A stretch of DNA of 39,063 nt from assembly GCA_002320485.1 (NCBI GenBank), contig DCKW01000067.1, positions 1 to 39,063 of the forward strand, given 5' to 3'. The notes under the pieces are model-generated. The model searched no databases. It had not been told where the DNA came from and worked only from the letters and a program-made list of their open reading frames with translations. Every line of letters begins with the position of its first letter. Position 1 is the stretch's first letter. Positions 18,500 to 26,074 of the stretch are shown here, in pieces. The stretch comes from Micavibrio sp. UBA1664. GTDB taxonomy: Bacteria; Pseudomonadota; Alphaproteobacteria; Micavibrionales; UBA1664. The position numbers and the translations under genes are program-made.

Positions 18500-19134
18500 A
18501 CTTGCAAGGATTGCAGATGATACATCTGCAATCGCCAAAAATCGTCCGGGCTTAAAATAGCGCCGTTTATGATGTTAAAGTCACATGTTTTTATAAAATA
18601 ACGAAAATCATTTTCACTCCAGCTGTGATAATGGGAGGATTGTGTGATCCGCCACCATAGCTCCGCCATAAACAGCCGTATTGAATTAATGGCAATTTCG
18701 GAAACAAAAAAATGCCCGTCATTCTCCAGAAGAGTATGAATCATTTTCAGGTGATCCATAGGGCTTTTTAAATGATGTAAAACTGTTGTAGAGACGACAA
18801 CACCATAGCACTCTTCATCATGATAGGATTCAAGATCGGCCTGAATGATTGTGGCCTTTGATTGCAGTTTATTATTGGCTCTTTTTACCATCTCAGGCGC
18901 GCCATCCACGCCTTTTAAATGCGCATGAGGGAAATGATGGGCAATTTGATTGAGCAACTCGCCCGTTCCGCATCCCAGATCGATAACGCTGAATTGTTTG
19001 TCATGGGGAAATAAAATAGTTAAACGGTTGATGAGCCAGTCAATTTGAACTTGCGTGAAATCTTTCCATCGCGTGTCCATATCATCAACATGATGATCAT
19101 AGAAATCCTGAAAGGGCTGCTTGCGGTATGGCAA
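18496..19134 (-). CDS. Class I SAM-dependent methyltransferase, substrate unknown
   Basis: Motif I VIDLGCGTGELL and post-I acidic residue. TTG start 13 nt after the clpX stop with an AGGAG SD. Alternative ATG at 19080. Confidence 0.72.
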   Translation of the reverse strand: MPYRKQPFQDFYDHHVDDMDTRWKDFTQVQIDWLINRLTILFPHDKQFSVIDLGCGTGELLNQIAHHFPHAHLKGVDGAPEMVKRANNKLQSKATIIQADLESYHDEECYGVVVSTTVLHHLKSPMDHLKMIHTLLENDGHFFVSEIAINSIRLFMAELWWRITQSSHYHSWSENDFRYFIKTCDFNIINGAILSPDDFWRLQMYHLQSLQV

Positions 19135-19146
19135 GGCCGCTAACTC

Positions 19147-20451
19147 CTAGCTTGCGGCCTTTTCCTTGTCCTTATCGCCTTTTTTCTTCTTGGATTTTTT
19201 CTTGTTGTCACCACGGACGTAGATCGGTTGAACGTCGTCTTTGTTAACAACATCGGCATTCACAACGACTTCTGTAACATCGTCAAGGTCAGGAACTTCA
19301 TACATTGTATCGAGAAGCATGTTTTCAATGATAGAACGCAACCCGCGCGCACCTGTTTTACGCTCGATCGCCTTTTCGGCAATAGCGTGTAAGGCATCAT
19401 CTTTGAAAGTCAGCTTCACACCTTCCAGATCAAACAGTTTTTTATACTGCTTGACCAGTGCGTTTTTCGGTTCTGTCAGAATTTGGACAAGGGCATCTGC
19501 ATCCAGATCACGCAAAGTAGCAACCACAGGCAAACGTCCGACAAATTCAGGAATAAGACCAAATTTTAACAGGTCTTCTGTCTCCATAATCGCAAGCAGT
19601 TCCCCGACACCACGTGTTTCAGGTCCACGCACATCGGCACCAAAACCGATTGAAGTTCCTTTACCGCGTTGTGAGATAACCTTATCGATACCCGCAAACG
19701 CCCCACCGCAAATAAACAGGATGTTGCGTGTGTCAACCTGCAAAAATTCTTGTTGCGGGTGTTTACGCCCACCTTGAGGCGGAACAGACGCTACCGTTCC
19801 TTCCATCAATTTCAGCAAGGCCTGCTGAACGCCTTCACCGCTGACATCGCGGGTAATAGACGGGTTGTCTGATTTGCGAGAAATTTTGTCGATTTCATCA
19901 ATATAGACAATACCGCGTTCCGCCCGCTCGACATTGTAATCGGAGGCTTGTAACAATTTCAGAACAATGTTTTCAACATCTTCCCCGACATAACCGGCCT
20001 CTGTCAATGTTGTGGCGTCAGCCATTGTAAAAGGCACATCGAATGTTTTAGCCAGAGTTTCAGCCAATAATGTCTTACCGCATCCTGTCGGACCAACCAG
20101 AAGGATGTTTGATTTAGCCAGTTCTACATCTTGTCCCTTACCGCCATGTTCCAAACGTTTGTAGTGATTGTGAACGGCAACGGATAGAACACGCTTTGCC
20201 GATTCCTGTCCGATAACATAATCGTCCAATATGGCGCGGATCTCCGACGGAGTAGGGATGCCGCCATCTTCGGAAGATGCGAGTTGTGTTTTATCTTCCT
20301 CGCGGATGATATCCATGCAGAGTTCGACACATTCGTTACAAATAAACACATTTGGTCCGGCAATCAGTTTGCGGACTTCATGCTGGCTCTTTCCGCAGAA
20401 AGAACAGTATAATGTGTTTTTATTATCGCCGTTGTCGTCAGATTTGCTCAT
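19147..20451 (-). CDS. clpX: ATP-dependent Clp protease ATP-binding subunit ClpX
   Basis: N-terminal zinc finger [31 protein letters not shown], Walker A GPTGCGKT, and the IGFG ClpP-docking loop. Start set at ATG 20451 by comparison with known ClpX N-termini. Confidence 0.95.
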   Translation of the reverse strand: MSKSDDNGDNKNTLYCSFCGKSQHEVRKLIAGPNVFICNECVELCMDIIREEDKTQLASSEDGGIPTPSEIRAILDDYVIGQESAKRVLSVAVHNHYKRLEHGGKGQDVELAKSNILLVGPTGCGKTLLAETLAKTFDVPFTMADATTLTEAGYVGEDVENIVLKLLQASDYNVERAERGIVYIDEIDKISRKSDNPSITRDVSGEGVQQALLKLMEGTVASVPPQGGRKHPQQEFLQVDTRNILFICGGAFAGIDKVISQRGKGTSIGFGADVRGPETRGVGELLAIMETEDLLKFGLIPEFVGRLPVVATLRDLDADALVQILTEPKNALVKQYKKLFDLEGVKLTFKDDALHAIAEKAIERKTGARGLRSIIENMLLDTMYEVPDLDDVTEVVVNADVVNKDDVQPIYVRGDNKKKSKKKKGDKDKEKAAS

Positions 20452-20470
20452 TCGTGTTTTCCTAACTTCC

Positions 20471-20496
20471 CGTGAATCATTTCCCTTTACTTTGCC
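20471..20496. repeat. Imperfect roughly 26-nt direct repeat, copy 1 (clpX-sufE intergenic)
   Basis: CGTGAATCATTTCCCTTTACTTTGCC. Shares the exact 10-mer CCTTTACTTT and flanking ATTTCC with copy 2. Confidence 0.6.
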
Positions 20497-20525
20497 AATC
20501 TCGCAAGCGTTAGGCAAGAGGGCAT

Positions 20526-20551
20526 CTTCGTTAATTTCCTTTACTTTCCTG
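20526..20551. repeat. Imperfect roughly 26-nt direct repeat, copy 2
   Basis: CTTCGTTAATTTCCTTTACTTTCCTG. In addition, TTCGTTAAT (20527-20535) recurs exactly at 20567-20575, abutting the sufE ATG. Confidence 0.6.
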
Positions 20552-20575
20552 CGTAAAACCTAAATATTCGTTAAT

Positions 20576-20986
20576 ATGCCAGATATGCCGAGCCTGAATG
20601 AAATTCAAGAGACCTTTTCCCTTCTTGCAGAATGGGAGGATCGTTATGCCTATCTTATAGATCTGGGGCGTAAACTCGATCATTTCCCTGATGATTGCAA
20701 AACTGATGCCAACCTTGTCCGTGGATGTACGTCCCGTGTGTGGATGATACTGGACGAGCAGGAAGGGCGTTTGCATATCCGCGCAGACAGTGATGCCCAC
20801 ATCGTTAAAGGTTTGATTGCGCTTGTTATTGCAACCTATAACGGGCAACCTGTTGCCGATATCGCAACTATTGATATGCAGGCCATATTTAAAAATCTGG
20901 GCCTGGTTGAGCATTTATCGCCAAACCGCCGAAACGGATTTTTTGCAATGGTGGAAAAAATCAAGGCACAGACCGCAAGCGTTTAA
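20576..20986 (+). CDS. sufE: Cysteine desulfuration protein SufE
   Basis: 136 aa. LAEWEDRYAYLIDLG, the conserved Cys in VRGCTSRVWM, NRRNGF. Confidence 0.88.
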   Translation: MPDMPSLNEIQETFSLLAEWEDRYAYLIDLGRKLDHFPDDCKTDANLVRGCTSRVWMILDEQEGRLHIRADSDAHIVKGLIALVIATYNGQPVADIATIDMQAIFKNLGLVEHLSPNRRNGFFAMVEKIKAQTASV

Positions 20987-21585
20987 GGTGTTTCCGCCAC
21001 TGTTTCATATTTTTGATAGGCAAGTCTTAAAACAGTATATGACATATTTATATCCTTCAGTTTTTCCTCTGCCTCAGGGTCATCGGGATTGCGGTCCGGG
21101 TGGTATTTTTTCGCCAGTTCCTTATAGCGCGCCTTGATTTCATCTAACGTTATAGGCGGTGCAAGACCCATAATTTCCAGTGCCTCACCCTCGGGTGTGT
21201 CGGTGGCGATTTTGCGGGCGCGTTCATCTTTCCCTTTGTTGCTCTTGCGATCGTCAGCGGCGCGGAATCCTGAGGCTTTGCGTAAAAGTTCCTCCTCCAG
21301 ATCGGCATGACCTGTATATTTCCATGTCGGACGGTGACCGAACAGGGATTCGTACATATGATTTTGAACGTCTGCATCTGACATACCGTCAAAATAATTC
21401 CATGCGCGATTATAGTCCGTTACATGGTCTTTGCAAAAACGGTAATAGTCCTGAAGTGTCCTATCTTTAGGCGCGCGAAACTCTCCGCTTTTATTGCATC
21501 CGGCAATATCGCACGTCTTTGACGAAGATTTTCTATGTCCCTCGTCAAATTCCGGAGATTTTTCTTTGAGCTTCACACGCTTCAT
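20983..21585 (-). CDS. J-domain protein (alphaproteobacterial DnaJ-like, C-terminal J domain)
   Basis: C-terminal YKELAKKYHPDRNPDD (HPD motif). N-terminal Cys/His-rich CDIAGCNKSGEFRAP...FCKDH. Start set at ATG 21585, because the longer form would run through bolA. Confidence 0.78.
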   Translation of the reverse strand: MKRVKLKEKSPEFDEGHRKSSSKTCDIAGCNKSGEFRAPKDRTLQDYYRFCKDHVTDYNRAWNYFDGMSDADVQNHMYESLFGHRPTWKYTGHADLEEELLRKASGFRAADDRKSNKGKDERARKIATDTPEGEALEIMGLAPPITLDEIKARYKELAKKYHPDRNPDDPEAEEKLKDINMSYTVLRLAYQKYETVAETP

Positions 21586-21600
21586 GAGTATTATTATAGA

Positions 21601-21867
21601 ATGATTGAAAATGAGCTCAAAGCTATATTGGAAAAAACTTTTGAATGCAAGCAATTGCATATAGAGAATCAAAGCGGATTACACGCTGGTCATGCATCCT
21701 CACCCAATACCGGGGAGAGTCATTTTTATGTTCATATCGTTGCGAATGACTTCATCGGTAAAACAAGACTTGAGGCTCATCAAATGGTTAATCAGGCTGT
21801 TTCACCACTATTTGATAAAGGGTTGCATGCGCTTTCTGTCAAAGCGAAAGCCCCTCTAAATTCATAA
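21601..21867 (+). CDS. BolA family protein
   Basis: 88 aa from MIENELKAILEKTF... SHFYVHIVANDFIGKTRLEAHQMV...LHALSVKAKAP is the BolA signature. Confidence 0.8.
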   Translation: MIENELKAILEKTFECKQLHIENQSGLHAGHASSPNTGESHFYVHIVANDFIGKTRLEAHQMVNQAVSPLFDKGLHALSVKAKAPLNS

Positions 21868-21960
21868 ATTATAAAATTCCTGTTGAAATTATTACTTTTG
21901 TATACTACCATTAGTTGTATTAAAGTTAAGTTTTAAACTTTCGTGATAAAGGGGTTGAAG

Positions 21961-22329
21961 ATGAAAGGATTTAATAAAACCGCATTAATTAGCAGGAATA
22001 TTACGATTAAGGACAGGCGTACGTCCATCCGTCTGGAAAGCCAAATGTGGATCGCCTTAAAAGAAATTGCCGAAAGGGAGCAATGTACAATTCACAATAT
22101 TTGTGAAATTATTGCGTTTCAAAAATCAGATAATATCACACTGACAGCGGCCATCCGTATTTTTATTATGCTGTACTACAAGGTTGCGGCAACTGAAGAA
22201 GGACATAAACGCGCAGGCCATGGCGGTTTTCATCGTATGATGGCGCGCATTGCAGGACAAATTCCACCTTCATATGCGACAGATACGGTCCACAAGGATT
22301 TTCCCATTAGGAGATCCGCTACCGGTTAG
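21961..22329 (+). CDS. Ribbon-helix-helix (RHH_4-type) domain protein
   Basis: RRTSIRLESQMWIALKEIAEREQCTIHNICEII...LTAAIRIFIMLYYK matches the SxRLE...W.AL.EIA...L..AIRVF.L.YY pattern. SD AGGGG before ATG 21961. Confidence 0.7.
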   Translation: MKGFNKTALISRNITIKDRRTSIRLESQMWIALKEIAEREQCTIHNICEIIAFQKSDNITLTAAIRIFIMLYYKVAATEEGHKRAGHGGFHRMMARIAGQIPPSYATDTVHKDFPIRRSATG

Positions 22330-23873
22330 ATAGCCAGTTTTTCACGTAGGCATGGTAAAACCTGATCAAGGGCAATACGTTCCTGCGCCATGCTGTTGCG
22401 TTCACGAACAGTTACTGTGCCGTCCGCAACTGTATCCCCATCAATTGTAAAGCAATAGGGGGTTCCGATTTCATCCTGACGCGCATACCGTTTCCCGATA
22501 TTTTGTTTGATATCAAGATCGACTGCAAAATGCTCTCTCAGCTCCATGTATAGTTTTGTGGCTATTTCCGGCATACCGTCTTTTGCAACCAAAGGTAGTA
22601 TTGCCGCTTTTTTCGGGGCCATGGCGGGCGTGAAATTCATATATACACCTGAAGGGCGGTTCGGATCGGGCGTGTAAGCCTCTGATAACAACGCCAAAAC
22701 GCCGCGCGTCAGCCCGCATGAAGGCTCAATGACATGGGGAATAAATCTGTTTTTATTATCTTCAGGGTCAATATATTCCATTTTCTGGCCTGAAAATTCC
22801 TGATGTTGTGTCAGGTCATAATTGCCACGATGGGCAACGCCCTCCAGTTCGTCGTAACCGTCGCCGCTAAAGGGGAATTGGTATTCAAAATCGATTGTAC
22901 GTGACGAATAATGAGCCAACTCGTCTTTGGGAACATCCAGAAAATGGATTTTGGTCAGGTCAAGACCGACCGCGCTCCAGAATTTTTTGCGTTGCTCGAC
23001 CCAGAAATCAAACCATTGCGGGACGTCTTCCTCTGCGCAAAACCATTCCAGTTCCATTTGTTCGAATTCGCGGGAACGGAAAATGAAGTTTCGCGGGGTA
23101 ACTTCATTACGAAAGGCCTTTCCGATTTGGGCAATACCAAAGGGCACTTTTACCCGCGATGTATCCAACACGTTTTTATAATTTAAAAATTGTCCCGCAC
23201 ATGTTTCAGGACGTAAATAAACCTTGTTTTCTTCACCTGCGGCCGCGCCTGCGTAGGAGTAAAACATCATGTTAAATTGGCGTGGCTCAGTTAGAGTGCC
23301 TTTTTCTTTAGAATTTGGGGCATATGTATTTTTTAAAACATTATTATCATGCAGCCTTTCATAATTCCATGTTTCATAATTACCATCTTTATAAAGCTGT
23401 ACTAAATTTCCTTTTGGATTTTTATTATCCATACCTTTCAAACGTTTGATTATTATTTCTTCATCATCATCTTTATCAAAGGCAATATCTATTACTATTT
23501 CACCATCTTTATCAAATGTATCAAAACTAAAAAATTTAAGATGATCAGCTCTAAATCGACTTTTTGTAGCTTTATCATCCACCATCGGGTCGTTGAAACC
23601 GCCGACATGGCCTGAGGCTTCCCACGCACGAGGGTTTTGAATAATCGCTGAATCAATTCCGACAATTTGCAACGGCTGACCATCAGGGCCGAGTGGGGGA
23701 GTTGTGACCATGGATTTCCACCAGAAATCACGTAAATTGTTTTTAAGTTCTGTTCCTAATGGACCGTAATCCCAAAAACCGTTAATTCCGCCATATATTT
23801 CGGAGGCAGGAAAAATAAAACCACGACGCTTACAAAGCGCCACCAAATCTTTCATATCGACTTTATTGCTCAT
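22326..23873 (-). CDS. glyQS: Glycine--tRNA ligase, single-chain dimeric (alpha2) type
   Basis: 515 aa. N-terminus LVALCKRRGFIFPASEIYGG, motif 2 region GKAFRNEVTPRNFIFRSREFEQMELEWF, VIEPSCGLTRGVLALL, and a C-terminal anticodon-binding domain. Confidence 0.92.
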   Translation of the reverse strand: MSNKVDMKDLVALCKRRGFIFPASEIYGGINGFWDYGPLGTELKNNLRDFWWKSMVTTPPLGPDGQPLQIVGIDSAIIQNPRAWEASGHVGGFNDPMVDDKATKSRFRADHLKFFSFDTFDKDGEIVIDIAFDKDDDEEIIIKRLKGMDNKNPKGNLVQLYKDGNYETWNYERLHDNNVLKNTYAPNSKEKGTLTEPRQFNMMFYSYAGAAAGEENKVYLRPETCAGQFLNYKNVLDTSRVKVPFGIAQIGKAFRNEVTPRNFIFRSREFEQMELEWFCAEEDVPQWFDFWVEQRKKFWSAVGLDLTKIHFLDVPKDELAHYSSRTIDFEYQFPFSGDGYDELEGVAHRGNYDLTQHQEFSGQKMEYIDPEDNKNRFIPHVIEPSCGLTRGVLALLSEAYTPDPNRPSGVYMNFTPAMAPKKAAILPLVAKDGMPEIATKLYMELREHFAVDLDIKQNIGKRYARQDEIGTPYCFTIDGDTVADGTVTVRERNSMAQERIALDQVLPCLREKLAI

Positions 23874-23914
23874 AAAATCGTTATGCCGTTTTTAGGGAGG
23901 GAAGTAAAGGGGAC

Positions 23915-24325
23915 TTACTCGATAGGACCTGTAAAATCGAGATTCTTTTTCATCATTCTTTGGACATATGTATCGTCAATACGGTCGTCAGCAATGGAAC
24001 GTTGAATTTTCGCGGCCGGAACTTTTTTCAACACGCGTTTGACATTCTCAGGTTTATCAACTTGCGGTGCAGGGGAAAACGGGTCAATTTCAGGTGTGGC
24101 AGGGGCAGTTTTTTCAGGTTTCATCATACTGTGGGCATCATCGCGCACTTCCTGAACATTTTTGGCAGATGATGAAGCGGATGAATTTTTGTCAATGACG
24201 CTGCTACCGGCTACGACCATGCCTTTGGGCTTGTTAATATCACTGCCGCCAAAAGCGGTCTGCGCATGGGCGGGCAGGGTGAACATCAAGGCGGTGGCTA
24301 ATAATAAATATTTCATGGCTCTCAT
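23915..24325 (-). CDS. Secreted/periplasmic hypothetical protein
   Basis: Signal peptide MKYLLLATALMFTLPAHAQ, then low-complexity Ser/Pro/Lys-rich sequence. Confidence 0.55.
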   Translation of the reverse strand: MRAMKYLLLATALMFTLPAHAQTAFGGSDINKPKGMVVAGSSVIDKNSSASSSAKNVQEVRDDAHSMMKPEKTAPATPEIDPFSPAPQVDKPENVKRVLKKVPAAKIQRSIADDRIDDTYVQRMMKKNLDFTGPIE

Positions 24326-24371
24326 AATAACGTCATTGCTATAAATTAGGCAATCCTTTTAAATTGTGCAT

Positions 24372-24842
24372 ATGAATATACAACGCTGGAACAAAAAAGA
24401 AGTTCTTTTTGATGGGGTACTTGACCCTGTATATAAGGATCTCGACTTTTGCCATGTTTATTATGTGGCGGATAAGGGGTATGTGGTTTTGAACTTGCAA
24501 CCGTCTTATGGCATCTATTCACGGATCGGAATTGCCGAGATTCAGGATTTGTATGTTCTTCCCAACCATCGCCGCGAAGGGGTCGCCACGGCACTCATTC
24601 GCTTTTGCGAGCAACAGGTGACAACAGATATGGTGGGGATCAGCGTTCCTGTCTCACCCCAATTCGGGGCGGCCCAAAGATTATATTACAGGCTTGGCTA
24701 TGAGCCGGACGGAAACGGCGTAACCTATGACCGTGAGCCGATCGCGCACGGAAGTCTCGTCAAACTGGACGATTGCTTGTGTCTGATGATGGTGAAGGAT
24801 TTACACACGCACAAGCGCAAGGCCGACACCGTTACAGGATGA
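24372..24842 (+). CDS. GNAT-family N-acetyltransferase
   Basis: Acetyl-CoA motif A: IQDLYVLPNHRREGVATALIRFCE, then YYRLGYE. ATG 24372 is preferred over GTG 24366. Confidence 0.75.
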   Translation: MNIQRWNKKEVLFDGVLDPVYKDLDFCHVYYVADKGYVVLNLQPSYGIYSRIGIAEIQDLYVLPNHRREGVATALIRFCEQQVTTDMVGISVPVSPQFGAAQRLYYRLGYEPDGNGVTYDREPIAHGSLVKLDDCLCLMMVKDLHTHKRKADTVTG

Positions 24843-25520
24843 TCGTAGGTCTGCTTTTTCTGGCAGGTCTGCCACATCGACGCATTTGAGAATCTTTTTT
24901 GTTAAACCGCGATGATGCATACGGCTGACCAGTTCCTGCCCAACATAACATCCTTTTTTATACGATATGGCATGAAAGTCATCCAGCCGTCCTTCATGAA
25001 TAAAAGATTTATCGGGAATGAGGTCTCTTGATCCGTCAGGAACCTCCAAGCGTATGCGATGCTTATCCCAAATGTCGAAATCAGCGTTTTTTTTGTCGTA
25101 AGATATGTGTCCGTACATGCGATAGCCACATTGAACATGTCTGGGATCGGGAAGGCACGAGACATCGTCAATTTTTATTGGTGATAATGCAGAGGGTGAA
25201 AATATCTGATAAACCATTTCATTATCTTTAAGTGATAATGCGACTTTCGATCTTAATTTATACATGGAGAGACGCTGCAATAAAGATTGCGCTCTTGCCC
25301 CGCCTTCGCAATCAATAATTAAAGTATCTTTTTCATTACGGATAAAAAAATCAAACAGAAATTTTCCTTGCGGGGTGAGTAAGCAAGAATAAATGAGCGG
25401 AATTGTATCAAGGAGAGAGACATCTTGCGTAATCAGGTTTTGTAAAAAACTTTTGCGGTCTTCACCCGAAACAATGATGGACGCCCTGTCAGGCAATATG
25501 GTGCACAGAGCGGCCGTCAT
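24801..25520 (-). CDS. ygfZ: YgfZ/CAF17 folate-binding Fe-S cluster repair protein
   Basis: Signature KGCYVGQELVSRMHHRG plus a GcvT-like N-terminal region. At 239 aa it is on the short side. Confidence 0.8.
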   Translation of the reverse strand: MTAALCTILPDRASIIVSGEDRKSFLQNLITQDVSLLDTIPLIYSCLLTPQGKFLFDFFIRNEKDTLIIDCEGGARAQSLLQRLSMYKLRSKVALSLKDNEMVYQIFSPSALSPIKIDDVSCLPDPRHVQCGYRMYGHISYDKKNADFDIWDKHRIRLEVPDGSRDLIPDKSFIHEGRLDDFHAISYKKGCYVGQELVSRMHHRGLTKKILKCVDVADLPEKADLRSSCNGVGLALVRV

Positions 25521-25525
25521 AAAAA

Positions 25526-26014
25526 TTATTGATTATAAAGGCGGTTATCCTCGTGAGTCGGGTTTGCCTGCTTGCCGCCGGTCACGTCGTATGTTTTGCC
25601 GAGGATTGTTGTATTATAATTGGCTTTCGCTTTCTCCATAATATGAGGTTTCACATAAGATGCACGATTCCAGCCTTTGTAATTCATGCATGATTCAAAA
25701 TCATGATAATCGCGATATTCGGCATGTAAAGGACCGTCACCTTGTGGTGATTGCCAGTTTTCGGCCAAGCCGACATTCATTTCAATTCCGCCGGGAGGGT
25801 TGGCATCACGGATGGTTCCCAGTCGGGATAATTCTTTAACGGAGGACACACAATCCGCAATATCCTTATTCAACTGGTGTTGCGCCTTGGGGCCACGCAT
25901 GTACAGGGCGGATTCGACATCTGAGCGTTGCCAGTAAGCGGCATCCAGTCTGGTTTCAGCTGTGCTGGTGCAAGCCGTCATGGCCAAAAGGGGAAGAAGT
26001 AGATATTTTTTCAT
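25526..26014 (-). CDS. Lipoprotein, function unknown
   Basis: MKKYLLLPLLAMTAC lipobox-like signal (Cys +1). Start set at ATG 26014. Ends 5 nt before ygfZ. Confidence 0.6.
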   Translation of the reverse strand: MKKYLLLPLLAMTACTSTAETRLDAAYWQRSDVESALYMRGPKAQHQLNKDIADCVSSVKELSRLGTIRDANPPGGIEMNVGLAENWQSPQGDGPLHAEYRDYHDFESCMNYKGWNRASYVKPHIMEKAKANYNTTILGKTYDVTGGKQANPTHEDNRLYNQ

Positions 26015-26074
26015 GTGTTGTAATATTTCCTTGTTTTTTATCGAATATATCAAGCTTGGAATGGTAAAACAATG

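Noticed and set aside
20452-20517. 22-codon N-terminal extension of ClpX (TTG start) given in the ORF track.
   Set aside because: Known ClpX proteins begin a few residues before the CSFCGK zinc finger. ATG 20451 has an AGGAAA SD, and the extension would convert the repeat-containing regulatory spacer into coding sequence.
21535-21672. Longer start codons for bolA (21535) and the J-domain gene (21672).
   Set aside because: Each extension is simply the reverse complement of the partner's conserved N-terminus. The resulting peptides are implausible (MSLVKFRRFFFELHTLHEYYYR / MILYMQLLAFKSFFQYSFELIFNHSIIIL). BolA homologues start near MIENELK.
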